From Bdellovibrionota bacterium (lineage in GTDB: Bacteria; Bdellovibrionota_C; UBA2361; OMII01), in NCBI GenBank assembly GCA_044345405.1, contig JBIJBE010000012.1:1-64000 (forward strand): a DNA stretch of 64,000 nucleotides. The letters run 5' to 3'. Below the pieces are notes generated by a model. That model did not search any database. It saw nothing but the letters and a program-made list of their open reading frames with translations, and was not told the origin of the DNA. Made by a program: the position numbers and the translations under genes. How positions within the stretch are numbered: the first letter of the stretch is position 1; each line of letters begins with the position of its first letter. Shown here piece after piece: positions 19,239-28,361 of this stretch.

Positions 19239-22200
19239 TTACTCACATGACGTATACGTATCCGGCACTTTCCGTAACTGACGCTCGAATGTGGCGACTT
19301 CCCGTTGAGACGTTTGCGCGATGTGTTCCAGCCCCCGCGGAACCTTACCTTCAAACATCCTCTTAAACGCCCTCAAAAGCGCCTTCTTTGGCACCTGTTT
19401 TGTGGTGCACGATAGTGGAGTTATCTCACACACAAAGTTCTGCCCCGAACTTTCAGAGAAACTCATCTCCATAGACTTTAGTGCGGCGGCTCCGCGAGAG
19501 AGGAACGGAATGGTGAATCTTCCTCCGGTGCCCCTCCATCTTCCCGAGCGGGCCGCGGCGATCGATTGACTAGCGAGCTTGATAATTACTCGACGGGTGT
19601 GATTGAACGGTATTCTGAGTGTCTCTGGATCAATGACGGCGCACGAGCCCGGCACTCCCCGGTCCGCGCAGATCTCGGGCGCGGCCGGCACCTCGATCTC
19701 TTGACCTAGGAATCTCCATCGACCGGCTAGACCGGCGCCGGTCATAAAGTGATTTTCCGCGATCGTAAATCCGTTGGTGCCTGGGCCAAATACCTCCGGT
19801 GGTACCGCCTGGCCGGTCACTGAGTACATGGTATTCAGTGGCGAATACAGCAGGGGAACCGCGAGCGACTGATCGCTCGTATTCACAAACGAGAAGTAGG
19901 TATAGGGTGCGCCTCCTACTACCAAGCGACACGGCACCTCACCTGATGATACGAGACGCTGAGCCGCAAGGGTGATCGGGCTTCGAGCCCCGAACGACTC
20001 GCCGGTCTCAAGAAGCGACTCAAACGATACCGCGCCCAAACCTGAGGAAACGGTGTAGAGAGAGGTCGTAACCAAACTCGTAGCTATCTCACCATTCTCA
20101 TCCGTAATCTTCGTCTCCGCGTTTACCTGAATTGGTGCCCCCGCGATAGGCGTCTCCAAGATCGTGAGCTTGAATACAACGTCCGTGGATGGTGGCGTCG
20201 GGGTAGCCGTTGGAGTGACCGTTGCGGTGTTGGTCACGGTCGGTGTTGGAGTAATGGTCGGTGTATGAGTCGTCGTCGGTGTGACGGTAGGAGTTTGTGT
20301 CGGCGTTACGGTCGGAGTCACCGTTGGCGTATGCGTTTGTGTATGCGTCGGTGTGGAAGTCGGCGTGTGTGTTGGGGTGCTCGTTGGCGTCTCTGTTGGA
20401 GTAACGGTCGGTGTATCGGTAGAGGTCGCGGTCGCGGTGGTCGTAGGCGTTGGCGTGTCGGTTGGAGTGGCCGTAGGCGTCTGTGTCGGCGTCTCCGTTG
20501 CCGTCGCGGTGGCGGTCGGCGTCTCCGTAGGAGTCTCCGTGGAGGTGGCTGTGGGTGTCGTCGTTGGAGTGGCTGTCGGAGTTATCGTCGGGGTTTCAGT
20601 TGCGGTCTCGGTCGGTGTAACGGTCGCTGTCTGAGTTGGCGTTACCGTAGCTGTCTCGGTCGCCGTATCCGTTGGGGTCGTCGTCGGGGTCTCCGTCGGG
20701 GTTCCGGTCTCTGTACTCGTAGCGGTATGGGTGAGTGTCGCAGTCGCGGTAGCTGTAGCGGTAAACGTCGGGGTTTCCGTCGGCGTCGATGTCGTTGTCT
20801 CGGTCGATGTCGGAGTTGGTGATGACGTCGCGGTCTCTGTCGGCGTTTCCGTCGGGGTCGGCGTAGCCGTCGAGGTGAAGGTTTCCGTCGGTGTAGCGGT
20901 CACCGTTTCTGTTGGTGTTTCCGTTGGAGTTTCCGTTGGTGTGTCGGTCGGCGTACTCGTCGCGGTTGCCGTAGCTGTCGTAGTTGGGGTTTCCGTTGGC
21001 GTCTCCGTGGCAGTATCCGTCGGTGTGGCTGTCGGAGTGATCGTTGGCGTCTCAGTCGGTGTTGTCGTCGATGTTTCGGTTGCGGTGGCAGTGGGCGTTT
21101 CTGTTGGCGTCGTCGTTTGAGTCGCCGTCGGGGTGGTTGTCGGTGTCTCGGTCGGCGTGATCGTCGGCGTCTCGGTCGGCGTCGTTGAAGGCGTAACGGT
21201 CGGTGTTTCCGTAGGTGTAGTAGTCGTCGTCTCCGTCGGCGTCGTGGTTGGAGTATCCGTTGGGGTGCTGGTCGGGGTTTCCGTTGGAGTGGTCGTTGGG
21301 GTAGTCGTTGCAGTTTCCGTCGGCGTGGTAGTTGGCGTCTCGGTTGGAGTGTCGGTAGGCGTACTCGTTGGCGTCTCGGTCGAGGTAGCTGTTGGAGTTT
21401 GAGTCGGCGTAGCCGTTGGTGTGTCTGTTGGCGTCGAGGTCGGAGTCTCACTCGGCGTAGCGGTTGGCGTTTCAGTTGGAGTCGTTGTTGGTGTTTCCGT
21501 AGGCGTCGTTGTTGGCGTTTCGGTTGGTGTAACGGTCGGTGTCTCAGTTGGGGTCTGCGTCGGCGTCTCCGTTGGCGTAGTAGTCGGCGTCTCAGTTGGG
21601 GTTGTGGTCGGTGTTTCGGTCGGCGTTGTTGTTGGCGTTTCAGTTGGTGTCGTGGTCGGCGTCTCTGTTGGAGTCTGTGTCGGCGTCCGCGTTGGAGTGG
21701 TAGTCGGCGTCTCTGTTGGGGTCGTTGTCGGCGTTTGAGTCGGAGTAGTAGTCGGCGTCTCAGTTGGCGTTGTAGTTGGCGTTTCCGTCGGTGTGGTTGT
21801 TGGCGTGTGTGTAGGTGTTGTGGTCGGCGTCTCCGTTGGGGTCCGCGTTGGTGTCTCTGTCGGCGTCGTTGTTGGAGTCTCCGTCGGCGTTCGTGTCGGA
21901 GTTTCGGTCGGTGTGGTCGTTGGCGTCTCTGTCGGAGTGGTAGTAGGGGTCTCTGTTGGAGTGCGCGTTGGCGTTTGGGTTGGGGTATTTGTTGCTGTCT
22001 CCGTTGGTGTCGTGGTCGGCGTCTGAGTCGGAGTAGTGGTCGGAGTCTCAGTTGGCGTTGTGGTTGGCGTTTCCGTTGGGGTGGCTGTTGGGGTTGCTGT
22101 CGGCGTTGTCGTCGGTGTCTCCGTTGGGGTCACGGTCGGAGAGTGTGTCGGCGTTGTCGTCGGAGTCTCCGTTGGCGTTGTTGTTGGCGTTTCCGTCGGC

Positions 22201-24350
22201 GTCTGCGTCGGTGTCTCTGTTGGCGTCCTGGTAGGCGTCGTCGTTGGCGTTTCAGATGGTGTAGTAGTCGGTGTTTCCGTCGGCGTAGTTGTTGGTGTTT
22301 CGGTAGGCGTTGTCGTCGGTGTCGCCGTCGGAGTGCGCGTAGGGGTCTCTGTCGGCGTAGTCGTTGGGGTTTCTGTCGGCGTTCGTGTCGGCGTTTCAGT
22401 CGGGGTGGTCGTTGGCGTCTCTGTCGGAGTAGTAGTTGGGGTCTCTGTAGGGGTTCGCGTTGGCGTTTCTGTTGGCGTATTGGTTGCGGTCTCCGTTGGT
22501 GTGATGGTCGGAGTCTCAGTCGGAGTCGTAGTAGGTGTCTCAGTTGGCGTTGTTGTTGGGGTTTCAGTTGGCGTCATCGTCGGTGTCGCTGTCGGAGTAC
22601 GAGTTGGCGTCTCGGTGGGTGTGGTCGTTGGCGTCTCTGTCGGCGTTGCTGTCGGTGTCTGTGTCGGAGTAGCGGTAGGTGTCTCTGTTGGCGTATTCGT
22701 TGGAGTCGCGGTCGGCGTAGTCGTGGCCGTCTCAGTCGGCGTTGTGGTCGGTGTCTGAGTTGGGGTGGTGGTCGGCGTCTCAGTCGGCGTCGTTGTCGGC
22801 GTTTCGGTCGGGGTGATAGTCGGAGTCTCTGTCGGCGTCGTTGTTGGGGTCTGTGTCGGTGTCCGTGTTGGTGTTTGAGTAGGCGTGGTTGTTGGCGTTT
22901 CCGTTGGGGTCGTCGTCGCTGTTTCTGTTGGAGTGTGGGTTGGAGTTTCAGTCGGCGTAGTCGTTGCCGTGTGCGTTGGGGTGGTCGTTGGCGTTTGAGT
23001 TGGCGTAGTGGTCGGTGTTTCTGTTGGAGTAGTCGTTGGCGTTTCGGTAGGAGTAGTAGTCGGACTAGCTGTCGGAGTCTCCGTCGGCGTCGTTGTTGGG
23101 GTCTCGGTCGGTGTGCGTGTTGGCGTCTCAGTCGGCGTGGTGGTTGGGGTTTGCGTTGGTGTTGTCGTCGCTGTTTCTGTTGGAGTGTGGGTTGGAGTTT
23201 CAGTTGGCGTAGTTGTTGCCGTGCGCGTTGGGGTGGTCGTTGGCGTTTGAGTCGGCGTAGTAGTCGGTGTTTCTGTTGGAGTAGTCGTTGGCGTTTCGGT
23301 AGGAGTAGTAGTCGGACTAGCTGTCGGAGTCTCTGTCGGCGTCGTTGTTGAGGTCTCGGTCGGTGTGCGTGTTGGCGTCTCAGTCGGCGTGGTGGTTGGC
23401 GTTTCCGTTGGGGTTGCCGTCGGGGTTTGGGTTGGCGTTCGGGTCGGAGTTTCCGTCGGTGTCGTGGTGGGGGTTTCCGTTGGGGTCGTGGTCGACGTCT
23501 GAGTCGGGCTAGCGGTAGGCGTATCCGTCGGGGTGCTGGTCGGCGTTTCGGTCTGGGTACTCGTTGGAGTTGTGGTCGGCGTGGTAGTGGGCGTCTGAGT
23601 CGGTGTAGAGGTCGGCGTCTCAGTGGACGTCTGTGTTGGAGTCTGCGTTGGTGTTGGAGTCTCCGTTGGTGTGGCAGTCGGTGTCCATGTCGGAGTTTGT
23701 GTCGGCGTGTTCGTTGGGGTTTCGGTCGGTGTCGCGGTTGAGGTCTCGGTTGGAGTAAGGGTGGCGGTCTCGGTCGGCGTGGTCGTTGGTGTCTCTGTAG
23801 GCGTCCTAGTTGGGGTCTGGGTCGGTGTACGGGTTGGCGTTTCAGTCGGTGTGATCGTGGGGGTCTCTGAAGGCGTCGTGGTTGGCGTCTCAGTTTGAGT
23901 AGCCGTGGGCGTCGTCGTGTAAGTACCTGTCGGCGTTTGAGTCGGTGTAGTCGTAGGCGTCTCCGTCGGTGTCAAAGTCGGAGTGCTAGTCGGTGTCGTA
24001 GTCGAGGTTGCGCTCGGACTTTGCGTCGGTGTGCTCGTTACCGTGCTCGTTGGAGTCGGGGTCGGAGTCGCTATCATAACCACCTGAGAGCTCGACCCGA
24101 GGTACGATCCATTTCCTGACGTGTATTGCGCACTCGCTGTCGTTGGGAAGATAGCCATGGAAGCGATCATCCACGCACAGGCAATGACTAGTGCGGACGC
24201 GTCTTTGAGAATGAGAGCACCGCGCGACAGACAACACGTTCCCTTCCTCGCCGAGGAGGCGAGCAAGTTACTAGTGTGCGCGCTCTTATGAAGATAAGAG
24301 CACGGGTCCCTTGAAACGCCCTCAGGGGGAGGGCGGGTATGATTATTCAC
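19239..24350 (-). CDS. Giant secreted Thr/Pro-repeat (mucin-like) protein with Cys-containing C-terminal domain
   Basis: Signal-like ..[11 protein letters not shown]; ~1300 aa of (T-P-T-X)n; globular C-terminal ~310 aa; exact start uncertain. Confidence 0.85.
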   Translation of the reverse strand: MNNHTRPPPEGVSRDPCSYLHKSAHTSNLLASSARKGTCCLSRGALILKDASALVIACAWMIASMAIFPTTASAQYTSGNGSYLGSSSQVVMIATPTPTPTSTVTSTPTQSPSATSTTTPTSTPTLTPTETPTTTPTQTPTGTYTTTPTATQTETPTTTPSETPTITPTETPTRTPTQTPTRTPTETPTTTPTETATLTPTETSTATPTETPTNTPTQTPTWTPTATPTETPTPTQTPTQTSTETPTSTPTQTPTTTPTTTPTSTQTETPTSTPTDTPTASPTQTSTTTPTETPTTTPTETPTRTPTQTPTATPTETPTTTPTETPTRTPTETSTTTPTETPTASPTTTPTETPTTTPTETPTTTPTQTPTTTPTRTATTTPTETPTHTPTETATTTPTQTPTTTPTETPTRTPTETPTTTPTETPTASPTTTPTETPTTTPTETPTTTPTQTPTTTPTHTATTTPTETPTHTPTETATTTPTETPTTTPTQTPTRTPTQTPTTTPTETPTITPTETPTTTPTETPTTTPTQTPTTTPTETATTTPTATPTNTPTETPTATPTQTPTATPTETPTTTPTETPTRTPTATPTMTPTETPTTTPTETPTTTPTETPTITPTETATNTPTETPTRTPTETPTTTPTETPTTTPTETPTRTPTETPTTTPTETPTRTPTATPTTTPTETPTTTPTETPTTTPSETPTTTPTRTPTETPTQTPTETPTTTPTETPTTTPTHSPTVTPTETPTTTPTATPTATPTETPTTTPTETPTTTPTQTPTTTPTETATNTPTQTPTRTPTETPTTTPTETPTTTPTETPTRTPTETPTTTPTETPTRTPTETPTTTPTHTPTTTPTETPTTTPTETPTTTPTQTPTTTPTETPTTTPTRTPTQTPTETPTTTPTETPTTTPTETPTTTPTETPTTTPTETPTQTPTETPTVTPTETPTTTPTETPTTTPTETPTATPSETPTSTPTDTPTATPTQTPTATSTETPTSTPTDTPTETPTTTPTETATTTPTTTPTETPTSTPTDTPTTTPTETTTTTPTETPTVTPSTTPTETPTITPTETPTTTPTATQTTTPTETPTATATETSTTTPTETPTITPTATPTDTATETPTETPTTTATATATSTPTDTPTETPTETPTETVTATPTETFTSTATPTPTETPTETATSSPTPTSTETTTSTPTETPTFTATATATATLTHTATSTETGTPTETPTTTPTDTATETATVTPTQTATVTPTETATETPTITPTATPTTTPTATSTETPTETPTATATATETPTQTPTATPTDTPTPTTTATATSTDTPTVTPTETPTSTPTHTPTSTPTHTQTHTPTVTPTVTPTQTPTVTPTTTHTPTITPTPTVTNTATVTPTATPTPPSTDVVFKLTILETPIAGAPIQVNAETKITDENGEIATSLVTTSLYTVSSGLGAVSFESLLETGESFGARSPITLAAQRLVSSGEVPCRLVVGGAPYTYFSFVNTSDQSLAVPLLYSPLNTMYSVTGQAVPPEVFGPGTNGFTIAENHFMTGAGLAGRWRFLGQEIEVPAAPEICADRGVPGSCAVIDPETLRIPFNHTRRVIIKLASQSIAAARSGRWRGTGGRFTIPFLSRGAAALKSMEMSFSESSGQNFVCEITPLSCTTKQVPKKALLRAFKRMFEGKVPRGLEHIAQTSQREVATFERQLRKVPDTYTSCE

Positions 24351-24545
24351 TCAAGTCCTAAATCGTCAGAATGAATTCAGGGGTTTAGGGCTTTTGGGAT
24401 CGGACGAACTGATCCGCCATAATATTTTCAGGGGGTTATGCGGATAGTCGTGAAAAATATGCCTCGAGGTGGGGGCAGGTGCCCCTCGAATTCACGGCGA
24501 ACCAGAACGCTCTTTCCGAGGGATGGTCGATTGAAAAACCGCAAC

Positions 24546-27509
24546 CTACTGGGCCGGAAATCTCTTAATTTGAACTGGGAAGTTCGCCACGTAATCACGC
24601 GCCACCCCGAGGGTGTAGCGTACCTCGTCGACGTAGCCGCCGCTGTAGTTACTACCACCGGCTCCACCTCCCATCGTGGGATTCGTCGAGCCTGTGTTGG
24701 CGGTTGCATTATAATAGGCGCCTATCATCTTACCGCTCTCGTAGAATCGAAACCAACTGCCCTTCCGCTGAACACGTATGTGATAGAAGGTGTTGGCTGC
24801 GGGAAGAGTCCTGGACAATATGTTCGGATACGTACTTGCGTTAAAAGACAAGTGAAAAGTAACCGCCAGGGTATTGGTAGAGACCCGCATGAAGGAGGTC
24901 CCCATGAGAGTTCGCCCCGCTGCAATAAAATTCCCCTGAACCCACCCCTCCCATGTCCAATCCGAGGAACCGACATCGAAGCGCCCATCGTTAGTAAGAA
25001 CAATATTGGTATTGTTAGTAATAAACCCAGCGGATTTCGAACCGAATTTCGGATAGCTCGTCGAGATAGGATTGCCGCCTCCGGTAGAAATTGTTGCCAC
25101 CGGCGTAGCCGATGAGTCAACGATAGGGCTCGCCTCCATGTGCATCAACAGCTTAACATTACTCCATTCCGGATCTGTATCATCGAACGCCTGTGTAGGC
25201 TCCGTAAAACTAAAATAGGAGCTATATCGGTCCACTCCTTTCGTAATTCGCAGCTCGTCTACCTGACCGTAGGTGTAGACGGTGCTGGCTCCTCCTATCC
25301 TAAGATTATTCGTTGAATTGAATAACGCCGTGGTCGAATAACTGGCATTTGAATCGTGCGGAACACCATCAATGAATAGAAAAAAGATTCCATCACGCCG
25401 CGTGAATGCAACGTTATACCATGTATTCAAAGAAAGCGTTGAGGCCGAAGTTACTACCGCTGCGGCACCCAGCCAGGCACTACCAGTGCTTGAGCAATAC
25501 ACAGAGAGTATTCCCGTCGATGCTCGATTGATAACAAACGGTCCGTATCCCGTTCCCGTTCGCTGCCCGATTATTTCTGCATTTGTTGGATTCGAGGTCG
25601 GTCGATACCAAAACTCTATGGTAAAGTCTCCCGATCCAAAATCCCAATCATTGGAATCGGCGAGATCAATGTAGTCACCTACACCATCAAAGGCTAACGC
25701 GGCGCTCCCAATTTTGTAATTACTGGCGCTTGTCTGCGTGTTGCCGTAGACGTTTACAGTTTTAGCGGAGGACGAGCTATCGACGATCGTTGTTCCTGCG
25801 TCAGCACCATCGCCTCTCAACAGAAGCACCACGTTAGACCAATACGGATCAGTTTCACGCGGCTCAGAGCGAGCTCCTCGCCCTCCCCTCGTTGAATCGC
25901 GAGTCGCCACTGTGGTGGAGGCATAGTATCGGTCGGAGAGCTTGGTGTAGGAGGACGCCACATCCCAGCTTCCTCCTCGAAGACCCACGCCAGCGGCGGT
26001 CGTTCCAGGCCAGTTCGTTGCGTTAGCGTCACCACTCGCGTCGAGTACGCCATCACCGTGAATATTGCCGTCGAACGAGCGCCCAGAGCTTGAGCCAAGG
26101 GATATGACTCGTTCCCACACGTTACCCGAGAGATCCATTACACCGAAGAAGCCTGCTCCCGCACCCTCTCTCGTCGATGCTCCCGCGCCAAAACTTCCAA
26201 CTCTCGTTGGGCCCTGCACGTTGCTGTCATTACCATACGTGATGTTCGTTCCACTCCCGCCACGCTCACTCGAAAGACCCCCGTCTGAGATGCTCGTCGC
26301 CTGGGTAATGTTGGTACTCCCCCACGAGTACTCTCCCGACACCGCGGAACTTTGCCCCCTCCCCGCCTTCTCAAATTCAAGCTCAGTAGTCGGTCGCAAT
26401 CCCGCCCAATCAAGGTACGCTGCCACATCTGCCCATGAGAGATAGTTCATCCCGACGTGCTCATAGGTCGCTCCACTTCCCTGATCGGGAAGCGTGGCAT
26501 CGCCACTCGACCAACTCACATTATTTCGATTCGAGAGACTATCGGTATTCTTTCCACCATTAGAGCTACCAGTAATGTCTCGCGAGGACTTTTGAGTGTT
26601 CGTGAGCGTGTTGAAAAACTTAACCCACTGCCCCTGACTTATCTCACCCTTCATGAGGTAAAAACCGCCGAATCCCTTCGGATAGGACGCAGCCAAGGTG
26701 AACGCGGAGCCAGCGGAATCTCCACTTCCATCTCCTGTACCTGGATAATAGTAGATGGAGGCGTTAGTTCCACTTCCGCTCGTATTGCCCGCGGAATTCG
26801 TCACGCTGAGAGCGTCCTCTGCCCCAATCCTCCATGGATCGGTGTCGGAGCTCCCCTGCTTCAATGCTGCTGACGATGTGGCGTTATCACCCGCGTAGAA
26901 GGCGCCCTCCCTCACATACACCATCTCGATGGCGAAGACCTGAACCTCTACTGAGGAGGTGATGTTGACACTATCGGCACCGTAGTTCCAACTCACACTG
27001 ACACCAGATGGAGAGAACGTTCCGGTACCGTCAGCACTTCGATACACGAAGACACCGACTCCGGGATTCGTGGATATGTTAAATGACGAGGAAGGATCCG
27101 CCAAACCAACCGCAACCGTCGCGCTTGAAGGACCGGAATTACCGCTGTTGTTTAACCGCGCATGCGTCCACGCGCCACTACCGACTCGATATTTGACGAA
27201 TACCCAGGCGGCGTCCCAATTGCTCGTTCCACTACTGGTTCGCCAGGAGTGATCCCAGCTCAGGTTGAACGTAATCGGAACGTTGCCAGTAGCGATATCA
27301 GGGGAACCGAGAGCTATGTTCGAAACCGAGATGCCGGTGCAGTAGGCGAGTCGTGGAGCTACCACACCCAACAGGAAAACGACTACCACGATAGCGGCCG
27401 TTATCTCTCTGACTCTGGCGACGAGCTCACTCCGCGCCACATACGACCGAGACTGTGAGTCGTGAAAGACAGTATTCGCCACTGTATCTTCGTACCCTAG
27501 TTTTTTCAT
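24546..27509 (-). CDS. Secreted FGE-sulfatase-domain protein fused to two LamG/concanavalin-like domains
   Basis: WDAAWVFVK, LRPTTELEFEKAGRG, DLSGNVWE, RGGSW; then DPYWSNVVLLL..DFTIEFW..GQVDELRITKG and a second copy DPEWSNVKLLM..GYVDEVRYT. Confidence 0.85.
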   Translation of the reverse strand: MKKLGYEDTVANTVFHDSQSRSYVARSELVARVREITAAIVVVVFLLGVVAPRLAYCTGISVSNIALGSPDIATGNVPITFNLSWDHSWRTSSGTSNWDAAWVFVKYRVGSGAWTHARLNNSGNSGPSSATVAVGLADPSSSFNISTNPGVGVFVYRSADGTGTFSPSGVSVSWNYGADSVNITSSVEVQVFAIEMVYVREGAFYAGDNATSSAALKQGSSDTDPWRIGAEDALSVTNSAGNTSGSGTNASIYYYPGTGDGSGDSAGSAFTLAASYPKGFGGFYLMKGEISQGQWVKFFNTLTNTQKSSRDITGSSNGGKNTDSLSNRNNVSWSSGDATLPDQGSGATYEHVGMNYLSWADVAAYLDWAGLRPTTELEFEKAGRGQSSAVSGEYSWGSTNITQATSISDGGLSSERGGSGTNITYGNDSNVQGPTRVGSFGAGASTREGAGAGFFGVMDLSGNVWERVISLGSSSGRSFDGNIHGDGVLDASGDANATNWPGTTAAGVGLRGGSWDVASSYTKLSDRYYASTTVATRDSTRGGRGARSEPRETDPYWSNVVLLLRGDGADAGTTIVDSSSSAKTVNVYGNTQTSASNYKIGSAALAFDGVGDYIDLADSNDWDFGSGDFTIEFWYRPTSNPTNAEIIGQRTGTGYGPFVINRASTGILSVYCSSTGSAWLGAAAVVTSASTLSLNTWYNVAFTRRDGIFFLFIDGVPHDSNASYSTTALFNSTNNLRIGGASTVYTYGQVDELRITKGVDRYSSYFSFTEPTQAFDDTDPEWSNVKLLMHMEASPIVDSSATPVATISTGGGNPISTSYPKFGSKSAGFITNNTNIVLTNDGRFDVGSSDWTWEGWVQGNFIAAGRTLMGTSFMRVSTNTLAVTFHLSFNASTYPNILSRTLPAANTFYHIRVQRKGSWFRFYESGKMIGAYYNATANTGSTNPTMGGGAGGSNYSGGYVDEVRYTLGVARDYVANFPVQIKRFPAQ

Positions 27510-27660
27510 ACCTCTCTTTTTATACCGCTAAAGCTCCAAGGCTGATTACCTCGGCTAGGCGGGCCCTCTCTGTAGGTATGTATCCTCTTGAATCCCAATT
27601 GAAAAGTACGGCAATGAGCAACTCGTTTGATAGAGCGACACGGTTGAGGCAAGACATGAG

Positions 27661-28024
27661 GAACCGAAGCGCTTTTCGGCTCGTTCGGCCCGTTTATCAG
27701 GGGAAAAGCCCATCCCATCCCGTCCTGCTGAGCCTTCCCTTCATTCGGGACCGGGCATGAAAACTCTTCGATTCGAACAGCGGATATCCTCCTGATTTGG
27801 GAGCCCCAAAGCTTCTGGGAACAGCAGGGTTCCCGTTGCTGCCACGCCGCTTCGACCTTTTTCCATTCACAGGCAACCGCGGACACTTGAGGGAACAGAG
27901 GATATGCCACCTCCACCCACCTTGCCGCTCACACGAACGCACACACCGAGGGTCGCCGGCCGGAGCCCCCATGAGCCCCTACGTGCGAGAGGGCGGACCG
28001 AACGCGCCGAAGAGCGCTCCGTTC
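27661..28024 (-). ncRNA. Candidate structured ncRNA or MITE-like element (~365 nt)
   Basis: ~31-bp terminal inverted repeat enclosing nested stems; no credible ORF; strand is tentative. Confidence 0.4.
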
Positions 28025-28361
28025 GAGTCGAGCTTATCCGATTTTTTACACCGCTCATGCAGCGGGGGAGAAAGGTTCGTGAAAAGCGGAAGTAAGGGAG
28101 GTCACTGAGCCGTATCCGCCAGGGTTGTATCACCCGTCGATGCCAAAGCTTGCCAAGGTAGTGGGACGCTAGTGTTCCTACGCACCAGAGTTTTGCGTTC
28201 TCCGGTTCTCAGGGCACGCGTGTATCTAGTGCCCGATTCCAGTCATTATTCGAGCAAATTAACCACCAATCGCGGCGTTGAGCCGTACCTCAAAGCCGTA
28301 CTCTCTTGTACGCTCTTGGGGTAAGTAGCCCCGGCTCAGAGGAAAAACCCCGATGCTTAGT

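Noticed and set aside
20265-24119. Long plus-strand ORFs (650-aa Arg/Trp/Cys-rich and several Val-Gly repeat ORFs)
   Set aside because: Antisense shadows of the Thr-Pro repeat gene.
24546-27509. Diversity-generating retroelement target (FGE-sulfatase fold)
   Set aside because: No reverse transcriptase and no template repeat differing at adenines was seen in the window; a remote DGR cannot be excluded.
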